Shown piece by piece: positions 11,756 to 24,889 of a stretch of 64,000 nt of DNA. This DNA comes from Mobula hypostoma (lineage: Eukaryota): contig NC_086097.1 of assembly GCF_963921235.1 (NCBI RefSeq), positions 29,948,001 to 30,012,000 of the forward strand. The letters are read 5' to 3'. The position numbers were made by a program, and so were the translations under genes. Numbering within the stretch: position 1 is the stretch's first letter; each line of letters starts with the position of its first letter. A model generated the notes under the pieces. The model made no database searches and was not told the DNA's origin. It saw only the letters and a program-made list of their open reading frames with translations.

Positions 11756-14700
11756 CAGTCCTTATAAATAGTATTCATACCCCCCCACTGGATGTTTTTG
11801 TGGTTTATTGTTTTACAACATTGAATCACAGTGGATTTAATTGGGCTTTTTTGACATTGATTGATATAAAAGACTCTTCTATGTCAAAGTATAAACAAAT
11901 TTCTACAAATTGGTCTGAATTTATTACAGTTATTAAACACAAAATAATTGCATAATTACTCACCCCTTCAAGTCAGCACTTAGTAGCTGCACCTTAGCTA
12001 GCTGTTACAGCCTTGAGTCTGTGTGAATCAGCCTCTATCGGCTTTGCACATCTGGCCACTGCAATTTTTCCCCATTCTTCTTCACAAAACTGCTCAAGCT
12101 CTGTCAGATTGCATGGGGATCCTGAGTGAACAGCCCTTTTCAAATCCAGCCACAGATCCTCAATTGGTTTGAGGTCTGGACCCTGTCTCGGCCACTCTAG
12201 GACATTAACTTTGTTGTTTTTAAGCCATTCCTGTGTAGCTTTGGCTTTAAGCTTGGGGTCATTGTCTTGCTGGAGAATAAACCTTCTCCCAATTCGTAGT
12301 TCTCTTGCAGACTGCATCAGATTTTCCTCCACTATTTCCCTGTGTTTTGCTACATTGATTTTACCCTCTACCTTCACAAGCCTTCCAGGGCCTGCTGCAG
12401 TGAAGCATCCTCACAGCATGATGCAGCCACCACCATGCTTGACAGTAGGCATGGTGTGTTTGTGATGATGTGCAGTGTTTCGCTTACGCCAAACATGGCA
12501 CTTAGTCTGGTGGCCAGAAAGCTCAATTTTGGTTTCATCAGACTGTAGAACCTTTTTCCAGCTGATTTCAGAATCTCCCACATGCCTGCTAGGAAACTCT
12601 AGCCGAGATTTCCTGTGAGTTTTTTCACAGTGGCTTTCTCTTTGCCACTCTCCCATAAAGTGATGACTGGTGAAGCACCCGGACAACAGTTGTTGTATAC
12701 ACAGTCTCTCCCATCTCAGCCACTAAAGCTTGTAACTCCTCCAGAGTTGTCATAGGTCTCCTGGTGGCCTCCCTCACTAGTCCCCTTCTTGCATGGTCAC
12801 TCAGATTTTGAGGACGGCCTGCTCAAGGCAGATTTATGGCTGTCCCATATTCTTTCCATTTCTTGATGATTAACTTAGCTGTACTCCAAGGGATATTCAG
12901 TGACTTGGAAATTTTCCTGGATCCATCTCCTGACTTGTGCTTTTCAATAGCCTTTTTGTGGAGTTGTTTGGAATGTTCTTTTGTCTTTATGGTGTACGTT
13001 TGTAGTTTTTGCCAGGCTACTGACTCACCAGCAGTTGGACCTTCCAAATACAGGTGTATTTTTACTACAATCAATTGAAACACCTTGACTGCACACGGTG
13101 ATCTCCATTTAACTAATTATATGACTTTAAAAACCAATTGGCTGCACCAGTGATTAAAGGGGGGGGGGTCAATACTTAAGCGATCATTTATTTTGTGTTT
13201 TATATTTGTAATTAATTTAGATCACTTTGTAGAGATCTGTTTTCATTTAGACATGAAAAAGTCATTTTCTGTTGATCAGTGTCAAAAAAGCCACATTAAG
13301 GTAGTGCACCCGTGGCTGACAAGAGAAATTAGGGATAGTATCAATTCCAAAGAAGAAGCATACAAATTAGCCAGAAAAAGTGGCTCACCTGAGGACTGGG
13401 AGAAATTCAGAGTTCAGCAGAGGAGGACAAAGGGCTTAATTAGGAAGGGGAAAAAAGATTATGAGAGAAAACTGGCAGGGAACATAAAAACTGACTGTAA
13501 AAGCTTTTATAGATATGTAAAAAGGAAAAGACTGGTAAAGACAAATGTAGGTCCCCTACAGACAGAAACAGGTGAATTGATTATGGGGAGCAAGGACATG
13601 GCAGACCAATTGAATAATTACTTTAGTTCTGTCTTCACTAAGGAGGACATAAATAATCTTCCAGAAATAGTAGGGGACAGAGGGTCCAGTGAGATGGAGG
13701 AACTGAGGGAAATACATATTAGTAGGGAAGTGGTGTTGGGTAAATTGGAGGGATTAAAGGCAGATAAATCCCCAGGGCCAGATGGTTTGCATCCCAGAGT
13801 GCTTAAGAAAGTAGCCCAAGAAATAGTGGATGCATTCGTGATAATTTTTCAAAACTTGTTAGATTCTGGACTAGTTCCTAAGGATTGGAGGGTGGCTAAT
13901 GTAACCCCACTTTTTAAAAAAGGAGGGAGAGAGAAACCGCGGAATTATAGACCGGTTAGCCTAACGTCGGTGGTGGGGAAACTGCTGGAGTCAGTTATCA
14001 AAGATGTGATAACAGCACATTTGGAAAGCGGTGAAATCATCAGACAAAGTCAGCATGGATTTGTGAAAGGAAAATCATGTCTGACGAATCTCATAGAATT
14101 TTTTGAGGATGTAACTAGTAGAGTGGATAGGGGAGAACTAGTGGATGTGGTATATTTGGATTTTCAAAAGGCTTTTGACAAGGTCCAACACAGGAGATTA
14201 GTGTGCAAACTTAAAGCATACGGTATGGGGGGTAAGGTATTGATGTGGATAGAGAATTGGTTGGCAGACAGGAAGCAAAGAGTGGGAATAAACGGGACCT
14301 TTTCAGAATGGCAGGCAGTGACTAGTGGGGTACCGCAAGGCTCAGTGCTGGGACCCCAGTTGTTTACAATATATATTAATGACTTGGATGAGGGAATTAA
14401 ATGCAGCATCTCCAAGTTTGCGGATGACACGAGGCTGGGCGGCAGTGTTAGCTGTGAAGAGGATGCTAAGAGGATGCAGGGTGACTTGGATAGGTTGGGT
14501 GAGTGGGCAAATTCATGGCAGATGCAATTTAATGTGGATAAATGTGAAGTTATTCACTTTGGTGGCAAAAATAGGAAAACAAATTATTATCTGAATGGTG
14601 GCTGATTAGGAAAAGGGGAGGTGCAACGAGACCTGGGTGTCATTATACACCAGTCATTGAAAGTGGGCATGCAGGTACAGCAGGCGGTGAAAAAGGCGAA

Positions 14701-15429
14701 TGGTATGCTGGCATTTATAGCGAGAGGATTTGAGTACAGGAGCAGGGAGGTACTACTGCAGTTGTACAAGGCCTTGGTGAGACCACACCTGGAGTATTGT
14801 GTGCAGTTTTGGTCCCCTAATCTGAGGAAAGACATCCTTGCCATAGAGGGAGTACAAAGAAGGTTCACCAGATTGATTCCTGGGATGGCAGGACTTTCAT
14901 ATGAAGAAAGACTGGATGAACTGGGCTTGTACTCGTTGGAATTTAGAAGATTGAGGGGGGATCTGATTGAAACGTATAAAATCCTAAAGGGATTGGACAG
15001 GCTAGATGCAGGAAGATTGTTCCGGATGTTGGGGAAGTCCAGAACGAGGGGTCACAGTTTGAGGATAAAGGGGAAGCCTTTTAGGACCGAGATTAGGAAA
15101 AACTTCTTCACACAGAGAGTGGTGAATCTGTGGAATTCTCTGCCACAGGAAACAGTTGAGGCCAGTTCATTGGCTATATTTAAGAGTGAGTTAGATATGG
15201 CCCTTGTGGCTAAGGGGATCAGGGGGTATGGAGGGAAGGCTGGTGCAGGGTTCTGAGTTGGATGATCAGCCATGATCATAATAAATGGCGGTGCAGGCTC
15301 GAAGGGCCGAATGGCCTACTCCTGCACCTATTTTCTATGTTTCTATGTAAATCCACTGTGATTCAATGTAGCAAAACAAGAAAACATGAAAACTTCGGGG
15401 TGGGGGGTGAATACTTTTTATAGGCACTG
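11756..15429 (-). mobile_element. Tc1 DNA transposon (decayed transposase), interrupted by CR1
   Basis: Long TIRs (CAGTCCTTATAAATAGTATTCA / TGAATACTTTTTATAGGCACTG) with TA TSD. Transposase pieces span 11994-13000: SDETKIEL, KHGGGCIML, QQDNDPK, PDLKPIEDLW. Confidence 0.92.
13300..15347 (+). mobile_element. Young 5'-truncated CR1 (HER1-like) LINE
   Basis: The RT frame is continuous from 13301 to 15256 except one TGA at 14603-14605. Motifs NYRPVSLTS, GVPQGSVLGP, KFADDT. 3' hairpin GGTGCAGG...CCTGCACC and (TTCTATG) tail. Confidence 0.95.
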
Positions 15430-16455
15430 TACATATTGCTTGGATGCCTAATACTTCTGCACACTACTGTAGTAATTTTATGTATTGCACTATACTGTTG
15501 CCACAGAAAAAACAAATTTCATGACGTATGTGAGTGATGATAAACCTGATTCTGATATGGGTGTCTGTTGTACACTGAGAGTGGGAATAGGACAGGGAGA
15601 GGGGAATTATGATTAGGAAAAGGGGAAGGGTGAGAGGAGGGAGCAGGAAGCACCAGACAGGAATTTTGTAATGATCAATAAACCAATTGTTTGGAATCAA
15701 AATGACTTTGGCAGGGCTGGGTTTGCCTGCAACAGCACCACCTATCTGTCCCAGCACACCTTCTCTGCCACTTGCCCCACATCTCGTCCACGGCACTCTA
15801 CCCCTGCCACTCACAGCATCCTTTGCTGCCACCAGATTTACAAACTCACTCTCTGCTCCACATTGACAAATAGTTATATATTATAAATGCAATTCTCTTA
15901 AGATCACATGGTCACAAAGTGTATAAACTACAGGCCCTTTGGCCCATTGTGTTCATACTGAGCATCAATCACCTATTTATTAACCCTACACTGATGCCAC
16001 TTTATTCTTACCGCACATTTCCATCAACTAATAACCGCAGATTCTAACCCTCACTCACAAATTGGGGGGCAATTAACCAAAAGCAACACCACAAAATGGT
16101 GGAGGAGCTCAGCAGGCCAGGCAGCATCTACGGAAAAGAGTAAACAGTCGATGTTTCGAGCCGAGACCCTTCATCAGGTTTTTCTTGTGTTTGTGGGTAA
16201 TTACCCCAGTTTATATGGAAAACCCCTATATACAGTATATGTGCCTATGAGTTTTGTACTGTACTATACTGAATACAATGGTATGTCAACCCACATGCAG
16301 TATTAACCTGTACTGTCTCATGGACAGTATCCATTAGCAATTTATCCACTGTTTTTAGTGTCTGCAGCACAGATGTCACATAGTACTGTGTCTCATGTGT
16401 TCTCTGCCCTGGACCTTTAGACACGTGAAACTAAGAATCGTATCTTGTCTTCTAG

Positions 16456-16536
16456 GAAGAGATAGATGCTCTGAAACATAAATCGTGCCAGGACGACAAG
16501 AAAATCAAAGACCTCGCAGCAGCAGTTAAAGAGAAG
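16456..16536 (+). CDS. Internal exon B of coiled-coil gene
   Basis: Acceptor TCTTGTCTTCTAG and weaker donor AAG|GTCCAG. 81 nt, phase 0/0, EEIDALKHKSCQDDKKIKDLAAAVKEK. Confidence 0.7.
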
Positions 16537-16834
16537 GTCCAGTCTGACCAAGTTTCTTTCCTGTTACGTCCAGGGGTTGTTAGGGCTTCTGACCCAGAAG
16601 GAGAGCTGGGATCGATGTTGGCTTATGTTCCCTTCCGTGGGTGGTGGTAGAGGCAGATACCATAAGTCCATAATACATTAGGGGCATTTAAGAATTTTTA
16701 GATAAGCACATAGCTGATAAAAAAGTGAGCTTTGGCACCTTACAATTGCTAAGGACGTGATAAATATCTGATTTGAATAATCATATATGTTCATATGGCG
16801 TAACAGAGCAGGCTCAAAGGGCAAAATAGCATCA

Positions 16835-17385
16835 TAGAGCATTACAGCACATAAACAAGCTCTTCATTTCATAAGTCCATGTCGACCTGGTCTTCTGCCT
16901 AGTCCCATCTACCTGCACCCACAGCATAGCCTCTCATCCGTTCACCCATTCAAACTTCTCTTAAATGTTACAATCCAGTCCCCATCCACTTACACTGGCA
17001 GCTCATTCCACGCCCTCACCACCCTCTGAGTGAAGAGGTTCCGCTCAGATTCCCCTTAAAACATTTCACCTTTCACCCTTAACCCATGACCTCTAGTTCT
17101 CGTCTCACCCAACCTCAGTGGAAAAATCCGGTTTGCATTTACCCCTCATAATTTTGTATAAATCTATCAAATCTCCCCTCATTCTCCTGTGCTCCAGAGA
17201 ATAATCTATTCAACCTTCCCCTATAACGCAGGTCCTCAAATCCCGGCAACATTCTTGTAAGTTTTCTTCGCACTCTTTAAATCTTCTTGATTTCTTTCCT
17301 GTAGGTAGGTGATCAGAACCGTACACAATACTCCAGATTCAGCCTTATACAACTTTAAGATAACATCCCAACTCCTGTATTCCTG
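16835..17385 (-). mobile_element. CR1 3' fragment
   Basis: Reverse complement of CR1 C-terminal ORF2 and 3' UTR. Confidence 0.8.
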
Positions 17386-17470
17386 TTGTTATTTCTGACC
17401 ATCTGTGTGCTCTGGGATATTTATTGTAGACAGCATAAGGTAACATCTCTTTGTCATTTGCTTCAATAAG

Positions 17471-18422
17471 GATGTTACTTCTGAACAGCTAAAGCTGGTG
17501 CAACGACAGAAGTCTCCGGTGAATGTCAAGGAGGGCGTGCAGCTCCCGAAGCAGCTGGAGGACAGACGCCAGCAGTCCGAGACCCCGTGTGGAGAATGGC
17601 CGCACTCCCCAGGCCCACAGGCAGATGGCCAGGGATCGCGACCCACCTCGGGGCTGGCAGCCACTGGCAGTCGGTGTCTGGACCACCGGGCCTGCGGTGA
17701 CCGGCAGGTAGATTGCCAGGCGGTGCCACAGGGGCACAGTGGTGAGGACAACTGGTCCTGCTCGCAAGGTGAAGGACGCGGTCTCCCAGCGCGACATCCG
17801 CACCGGGAACCAGGGGGCCTGAAGAGACACCAGCCACACAACCAACAGGAGAAGGTCCCCACACGGCAGGAGCCCTTGCTGGACAGGGCAGTGCGTGATC
17901 CCGAGCAAGGGCAGCGAGCGGGTGAGGACTTGCGCCAAGAGGGCTGTCGCTGGGAGAGCCCAGCAGAATCTGACACCACACCACCTTCTTCCAACCAGAC
18001 CGACCAGGGCCAGTCTGCAGCCCATCTCCAAAGAAGCGAGCGGGATTCCCACTCTGGGAGACCCTTCGACCGACGGCAGCGGAATCCCCATCAGTGCTGC
18101 GGCGAAGACCAGGGCTGGGACCCAGGCGGAGGATGGGGCCAGGGGTGTCACGGCTGCCGGAAACCTGGCCACGGGCACGTCCGTGCGGTAGAAGAGCGGC
18201 CAGCCCGAGGCACTGAGGCGAGGGAGAGGGGCCGGCCAGTGCCCCACACCTGCCGGCGAGTCCGGCCGAAGGTGTCCGGGGATCACCTCCTGAGGCTGAG
18301 CGTCAGGCTGGGAGAGCAACCCGCCGCTGTGCCGCGGGGTGGACCGGAGGAGCCGCCAACCAGGGCACGCCACAAGAAGCGTGTGTCGCACCGCTTGGCA
18401 GCGAAGAGGCACCTCTGCTCAG
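17471..18422 (+). CDS. Large GC-rich exon C of coiled-coil gene (317 codons, low-complexity Q/R/G/P/E)
   Basis: Acceptor TTTGCTTCAATAAG at 17470. Open in the frame of ORF 17498-18556. Donor CTCAG|GTACAG. Phase 0/1, compatible with exons B and D. Confidence 0.75.
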
Positions 18423-18477
18423 GTACAGCCGCCCCCCGAGCACCTAGTCAGCACAATGGGCAGAATGTTCCCAGCTC

Positions 18478-18755
18478 ACCCTGGTTTAATCCTGCCCTCT
18501 TGTGCCGTCTGACTGCATGGAGTTTGCACACTCTCCCTCTGGGTTTACCGTCCTGAGTCCTCCGGTTCCCTCACACATTCCAAAGACACATGGGTCAGTA
18601 GGTTACTTTTGCCCCAGTTTGTGAATAAAGGTTAAAATCTGGGGGTGGAAGTTGAAGGAAATATACGGTAAGAATAAAATGGAATCACTGTAAATGGGTG
18701 ATTGATGCTCAGTATAAACACAATGGGCCGAAAGGCCTGTTTCCACCCTCCACGA
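18478..18755 (+). mobile_element. V-SINE (HE1-like) remnant
   Basis: GGAGTTTGCACACTCTCC...CTCCGGTTCCCTCACACATTCCAAAGAC central domain followed by a CR1-type tail ATGGGCCGAAAGGCCTGTTTCC. Confidence 0.7.
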
Positions 18756-20069
18756 CCATGTGATCTTCAAAGGATTGCATTTATGATCAGCCTTTAATGG
18801 AGAAAAATGAGAGAGATTTAATACCTATCAAGAACTTGACTTAGAGATAATCAGTGAAAATTAAAAAGCTGCAGGTGCTGGAAGTCTGAGGCAAAAACCA
18901 GTGGTGCTAATCTCCACAGGAAGTCTAATCTGAAGGCTAAAGAGAGAGGGAATGTCATTGTTTCCTCAATTGGTAATGGCACAGGATTGTGAGTACAGAC
19001 CTGTACACCTTCCAAACCCATCTCTGCTATGTCTGTACCATCTGGAAATTGCAGCTCAGAACAGGCCATTCAGATCTCAATGTTGTGCCAACCTTTTAAC
19101 CTCTCTCCGATCAATCTAACCCTTCCCTCCCACATAGCCCTCCATCTTTCTATCATCCATGTACCCATCTAAGTATCTGTCTCTACCACCATGCCGGAAG
19201 TGCATTCCATGCACTCACCACTCTCTCTGTAAAAACCTTACCTCTGACATCCCCCTATACTTCCCTCCAATCACCTTAAAATGTTGACCCCTTGTGTTTG
19301 CCTTTCCACCCCGGGAAAACGTCTCTGGCTGTCCACTCAATCTGTGCCTTTTATCATCTACTCTACATCTCCTCTGTACCTTCTACAAGATGCCTGCAAC
19401 AACTCGCCATGCATGGCTGTACGATCAGTGCAACCTGTTTCACCTCGTGGTCTCCATAAGTACACGAGATATAGGAGGGTAATTAGGCTATTTGGCCTGT
19501 CAAATGGTGACAGGATGAGGAGATAGGCACATGGAGTCATAGAGGCATACAGCAAGAAAGCAGGCCTCATCTAAGCTAGTCCTTTTTGCCCAGATTTGGC
19601 CCATATCCTTCTAAACCTTTCCTATCACTGTATCATGCACCAACATTAGGTACCTGGCATATATGAAACTTCCTGCTGGTATGGAGAAATCCCTGATTTA
19701 ACTAGTAGAAATAAATTATGCCAGAAATATGGCATGAGGTAGAAAGAGTTTCCACAGAATATAGCAGAGTTTACAGAGGGTTGGTCTTGTGGAATAGATA
19801 ATCAAAAACAAAGAGACTGTGTTGATTTAAACAACTATTTTGCAAGACTTACCATTGTTGAAGATATAAGTAACATCCCAGAAATAGGTGCAAATATGGA
19901 GAATGGATAGAAGCCTCAGAATAACAGGACACCCCTTTAAAACTTAGATGTGGAGGAATATTGTAAAGCTGCAACATACTTCCTGATGCTTTGAACTTAG
20001 TACCTTCAATTAATAAAGGCAAGCATGCATTCAGTGTCCACTTTCTTAGGTACACTTGTTCTTCTGCTC

Positions 20070-20586
20070 AATAATGCAAATATCTAATCAGCCAATCATG
20101 TGGCAGCAACTCGATGCTTAAAAGCATGCAGACATGGTCAAGAGGTTGAGTTGTTGTTTAGACCAAACATCAGAATGGGGGAAAACATGTGATTTAAGTG
20201 ACTTCGACTGTGGAATGATTGTTGGTGCCAGACGGGGTGATTTAAGTATCTCACAGTCTGCTGGGGTTTTCACAACAGTCTCTAATTTATAGAGAGTGAT
20301 GCTAAAGACAAACAAAAAAAATCCAGTGTGCAGCCAACCTGTGGGCAGAAACACCTTGTCAATGAGAGTGGTCAGACGAGAATGGCCAGGCTGGCTCAAG
20401 CTGACATGAAGGTGACAGTAACTCAAATAACGACGTGTTACAACAGTGGTGTGCAGAAGAGCATCTCCAAGCACACAACATGTTGAACCTTGAAGTGGAT
20501 GGGCTACAGCAGCAGAAGACCACAAACATACACTCAGTGGCCACTTTATTAGATGCAGGGGTACTTAGTAAAGTGGTCACTGAGTG
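20070..20586 (+). mobile_element. Internally deleted Tc1-like element ending in a 56-bp palindromic TIR pair
   Basis: Transposase N-terminal remnant. CACTCAGTGGCCACTTTATTAG...TAGTAAAGTGGTCACTGAGTG at 20531-20586 is flanked by TA. Confidence 0.75.
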
Positions 20587-20844
20587 TACAGATATATCAT
20601 GCTGAATATTTGCCTATCTACACCATCCGGAAAGTCAACAATCCTTTTGTCAACTGCAAATTTACTAATACACTCATCCACATTTTCATCCAGATCTTAA
20701 ATAGCAGAGGTCCCTGTATGGATCCCTGCAGAACAGCTCTGGTCACAGACCTCCAGCCAGAGTAAGATTTATTGACCAGTATCTTCTGATTTGTGAGATT
20801 TTGGCTGCCTACTCCCAACTCATCTTCTTTTCATTATTTCGCAG

Positions 20845-21025
20845 AACATGATTTTGTAACAGACTCACTTAACACTAAGCTCCACAAAGAACGGAGGGCA
20901 GAGTTTGTTCTGACCTCTCAGGATCTATCAAAAGAGACCACTGTGAAGAAGAAGCAGCTGGCTCAACTACTGCAGATGGTGGCAAATCACACCTCCCATC
21001 TTCTCAAGGGAAACATGCTGGAAAA
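20845..21025 (+). CDS. Internal exon D of coiled-coil gene
   Basis: Acceptor TTTTCATTATTTCGCAG and strong donor AA|GTAAGT. Phase 1/2. HDFVTDSLNTKLHKERRAEFVLTSQDLSKETTVKKKQLAQLLQMVANHTSHLLKGNMLE. Confidence 0.75.
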
Positions 21026-21120
21026 GTAAGTTGATGCTCTTTTGTTGTTTTTGCTTCTTTAGGTGAGATAGTAGAGTATGATTATCAGTTCCTGATTGCA
21101 GAACCAATACCAGGACCTCA

Positions 21121-21815
21121 GCACAGTGAAGCTCCCTCTGTACTATCCCATCACACACTCCCAGGGGTCAGGCACTAAGGGGCACTGAGTAAAGTTCCCT
21201 CTGCACTGTCCCTTCACACACTCCCAGGGTCAGACACTGAGTGAAGTTCCCTCTACACTGTCCCATCACACACTCCCAGGGTCAGACACTGAGTGAAGTT
21301 CCCTCTGCACTGTCCCATCACACACTCCCAGGGTCAGACACTGAGTGAAGTTCCCTCTACACTGTCCCATCACACACTCCCAGGGTCAGACACTGAGTGA
21401 AGTTCCCTCTGCACTGTCCCATCACACACTCCCAGGGTCAGACACTGAGTGAAGTTTCCTCTACACTGTCCCATCACACACTCCCAGGGTCAGACATTGA
21501 GTGAAGTTCCCTCTGCACTGTCCCAACACACACTCCCAGGGTCAGACATTGAGTGAAGTTCCCTCTGCACTGTCCCATCATGCACTCACAGACAGGGTGA
21601 AGCTCCCTCTACACTGTCCCATCACATGCACCTGGGATCAGATGCAGAGTAAAGCTTCCTCTATACTGTCCTATCATTCACTCCCAGGATCAGGTACAAG
21701 GTGAAGCTCCCTTTACACTGTCCTATCATACACTTCCAGGGTCAGACACAGCATGAATCTCCCTCTACACTGTGCTATCACACACTCATGGGATGAGACA
21801 GAGTGAAGCTCTCTC
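21121..21815. repeat. 52-bp minisatellite (about 13 units, homogeneous core, decayed edges)
   Basis: Unit CAGGGTCAGACACTGAGTGAAGTTCCCTCTRCACTGTCCCATCACACACTCC. CTCCCA recurs at 21221, 21273 and 21325. Confidence 0.95.
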
Positions 21816-22003
21816 CACACTAGGGGCATGGCTGAGCTTGTTTATCTCTCCCAAAACCTTGAAAAAGGGTCTCCAATTAATCCCACTCTCCCTACACCCT
21901 TTTGAATTTCTCTATTCTGAATGTTCCAGTCCCTGTTTCTACTGCACTTTCTGGTAGCAACTTCTCCAAGACTCTAGTTTACAGCTTACTAGCAACTAGC
22001 AAC

Positions 22004-24741
22004 ACGATGTATCGGAAGGACAGGAAGGTAGGCAGAGGGGGAGGCGTGGCTTTATTAGTAAGAAATGATATTAAATCATTAGAAAGAATTGATATAGGAT
22101 CGGAAGGTGCAGAATCTTTATGGGTTGAGCTAAGAAATCGCAGGGGTAAAAGGACCCTAATGGCAGTTATATACAGGCCTCCAAACAGCTGCAGTAATGT
22201 GGACTACAAATTACAACAGGAAATAGAAAAGGCTTGTCAGAAAGGCAGTGTTATGGTAATTGTGGGGGATTTTAACATGCGAGTGGATTGGGAAAATCAG
22301 GTCGGCACTGGATCTCAAGAGAGAGAATTTGTAGAATGTCTGCGAGATGGCTTTTTAGAACAGCTTGTTGTTGAGCCCACTAGGGGATTGGCTGTACTGG
22401 ATTGGGTATTGTGTAATGAACTGGTGGTGATTAGAGAGATTGAGGTGAAGGAACCCTTAGGAGGCAGTGATCATAACATGATTGAGTTCACTGTGAAATT
22501 TGAAAAAGAGCAGCCGAAATCTGATGTGTCGGTATTTCAGTGGAGTAAAGGAAATTACAGTGGCATGAGAGAGGAACTGGCCAAAGTTGACTGAAAGGGA
22601 CGCTGGCGGGAAGGACGGCAGAGCAGCAGTGGCTGGAGTTTATGTGAGAAGTGAGGAAGGTGCAAGACAAGTATATTCCAAAAAAGAAGAAATTTTCGAA
22701 TGGAAAAAGGATGCAACCATCGTTGACAAGAGAAGTCAAGCCAAAGTTAAAGCAAAGGAGAGGGCATACAAGGAAGCAAAAATTAGTGGGAAAACAGAAG
22801 ATTGGGAAGTTTTTAAAACCTTACAAAAGGAAGCTAAGAAGGTCATTAAGAGGGAAAAGATTAACTATGAAAGGAAGTTAGCAAATAATATCAAGGAGGA
22901 TACTAAAAGCTTTTTCAAGTATATAAAGAGTAAAAAAACAGGTGACAGTAGATATAGGACCGATAGAAAATGATGCTGAAGAAATTGTAATGGGAGATTG
23001 GGAGATCAGGAGATGGCGGAGGAACTGAACAAGTATTTTGCATCAGTCTTCACTGAGGAAGACATCAGCAGTATACCAGACATTCAGGGATGGCAGGGAA
23101 GAGAAGTGTGCGCAGTCACAATTATGACAGAGAAAGTACTCAGGAAGCTGAATAGTCTAAAGGTAGATAAATCTCCCGGACCAGATGGAATGCACCCTTG
23201 TGTTCTGAAGGAAGTAGCTGTGGAGATTGCGGAGGCGTTAGCGATGATCTTTCAAAAGTCGATAGATTCTGGCATGGTTCCGGAAGACTGGAAGATTGCA
23301 AATGTCACTCCGCTATTTAAGAAGGGGGCAAGGAAGCAAAAAGAAAATTATAGACCTGTTAGCTTGACATCGGTGGTTGGGAAGTTGTTGGAGTTGATTG
23401 TCAAGAATGAGGTTACAGAGTACCTGGAGGCATATGACAAGATAGGCAGAACTCAGCCTGGATTCCCTAAAGGAAAATCCTGCCTGACAAACCTATTACA
23501 ATTTTTTGAGGAAATTACCAGTAGGCTAGACAAGGGAGATGCAGTGGATGTTGTATATTTGGATTTTCAGAAGGCCTTTGACAAGGTGCCACACATGAGG
23601 CTACTTAACAAGATAGGAGCCCATGGAATTATGGGAAAGTTACATACGTGGATAGAGCGTTGGCTGATTGGTAGGAAACAGAGAGTGGGAATAAAGGGAT
23701 CTTATTCTGGTTGGCTGCCGGTTACCAGTGGTGTTCCACAGGGGTCCGTGTTGGGGCCACTTCTTTTTACATTGTACATCAACGATTTGAATTATGGAAT
23801 AGATGGCTTTGTGGCTAAGTTTGCTGACGATACGAAGATAGGTGGAGTGTCGATAGTGTTGAGGAAACAGAGAGTCTGCAGAGAGACTTGGATAAATTGT
23901 AAGAATGGGCAAAGAAGTGGCAAATGAAATACAATGTTGGAAAGTGTATGGTTATGCACTTTGGCAGAAGAAATAAATGGGCAGACTATTATTTAAATGG
24001 GGAAAGAATTCAAAGTTCTGAGGTGCAACGGGACTTGGGAGTCCTCATACAGGATATCCTTAAGGTTAACCTCCAGGTTGAGTCGGTGGTGAAGAAGGCG
24101 AATGCAATGTTGGCATTCATTTCTAGAGTATAGGAGCAGGAGTGTGATGGGCTCTATAAGGCGCTGGTGAGACCTCACTTGGAGTACTGTGGGCAGTTTT
24201 GGTCTCCTTATTTAAGAAAGGATGTGCTGACGTTGGAGAGGGTACAGAGAAGATTCACTAGAATGGTTCCGGGAATGAGAGGGTTAACATATGAGGAATG
24301 GTTGTCCGCTCTTGGTCTGTATTCCTTGGAGTTTAGAAGAATGAGGGGAGACCTCATAGAAACATTTCGAATGTTGAAAGACATGGACAGAGTGGATGTG
24401 GCAAAGTTGTTTCCCATGATGGGGGAGTCTAGTACGAGAGGGCATGACTTAAGGATTGAAGGGCGCCCATTCAGAACAGAGATGTGAAGGGATTTTTTTA
24501 GTCAGAGGGTGGTGAATCTATGGAATTTGTTGCCAGGGGCAGCAGTGGAGGCCAAGTCATTGGGTGTATTTAAGGCAGAGATTGATAGGTATCTGAGTAG
24601 CTAGGGCATCAAAGGTTATGGTGAGAAGGTGGGGGAGTGGGACTAAATGGGAGAATGGATCAGCTCATGATAAAATGGCGGAGCAGACTCAATGGGCTGA
24701 ATGGCCGACTTCTGCTCCTTTGTCTTATGGTCTTATGGTCT
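22004..24741 (+). mobile_element. CR1 LINE, most of ORF2 (endonuclease to RT), frameshifted
   Basis: RGGGVALL, IYRPPN, GDFN, SDHN endonuclease motifs. RT ORF 22998-23927. (TCTTATGG) tail. Confidence 0.95.
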
Positions 24742-24889
24742 AACTTCTCATTTTCCCACCTGCTTCTCTGTGCCAATTAATTCAGTCAATCCCCTTGATG
24801 CCTGAATCTGTCTACCTACCACACAGCTCTCAGAGAAAGTTTAGAATTTAGTGACATGGAATGAATTAATCGTCACACAGAATGAAATC

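Larger units (their letters stand above)
11727..15469. mobile_element. Short TA-flanked MITE split by the Tc1 insertion
   Basis: CAGTACTGTGCAAGTCTTGGGCAC at 11727 is the inverted counterpart of ATGCCTAATACTTCTGCACACTACTG ending at 15469. TA lies on both sides. Confidence 0.7.

Noticed and set aside
13193..13299. N-terminal part of the 470-aa ORF
   Set aside because: Read-through from Tc1 TIR sequence into the truncated CR1, not a real start.
17389..18412. Long minus-strand and alternative-frame ORFs (307, 201 and 152 aa)
   Set aside because: These are shadows of the GC-rich plus-strand exon, which alone has phase-matched splice sites.
21121..21815. Regular 52-bp repeats resembling a CRISPR array
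   Set aside because: Units are head-to-tail with no unique spacers, there are no cas genes, and the context is vertebrate.
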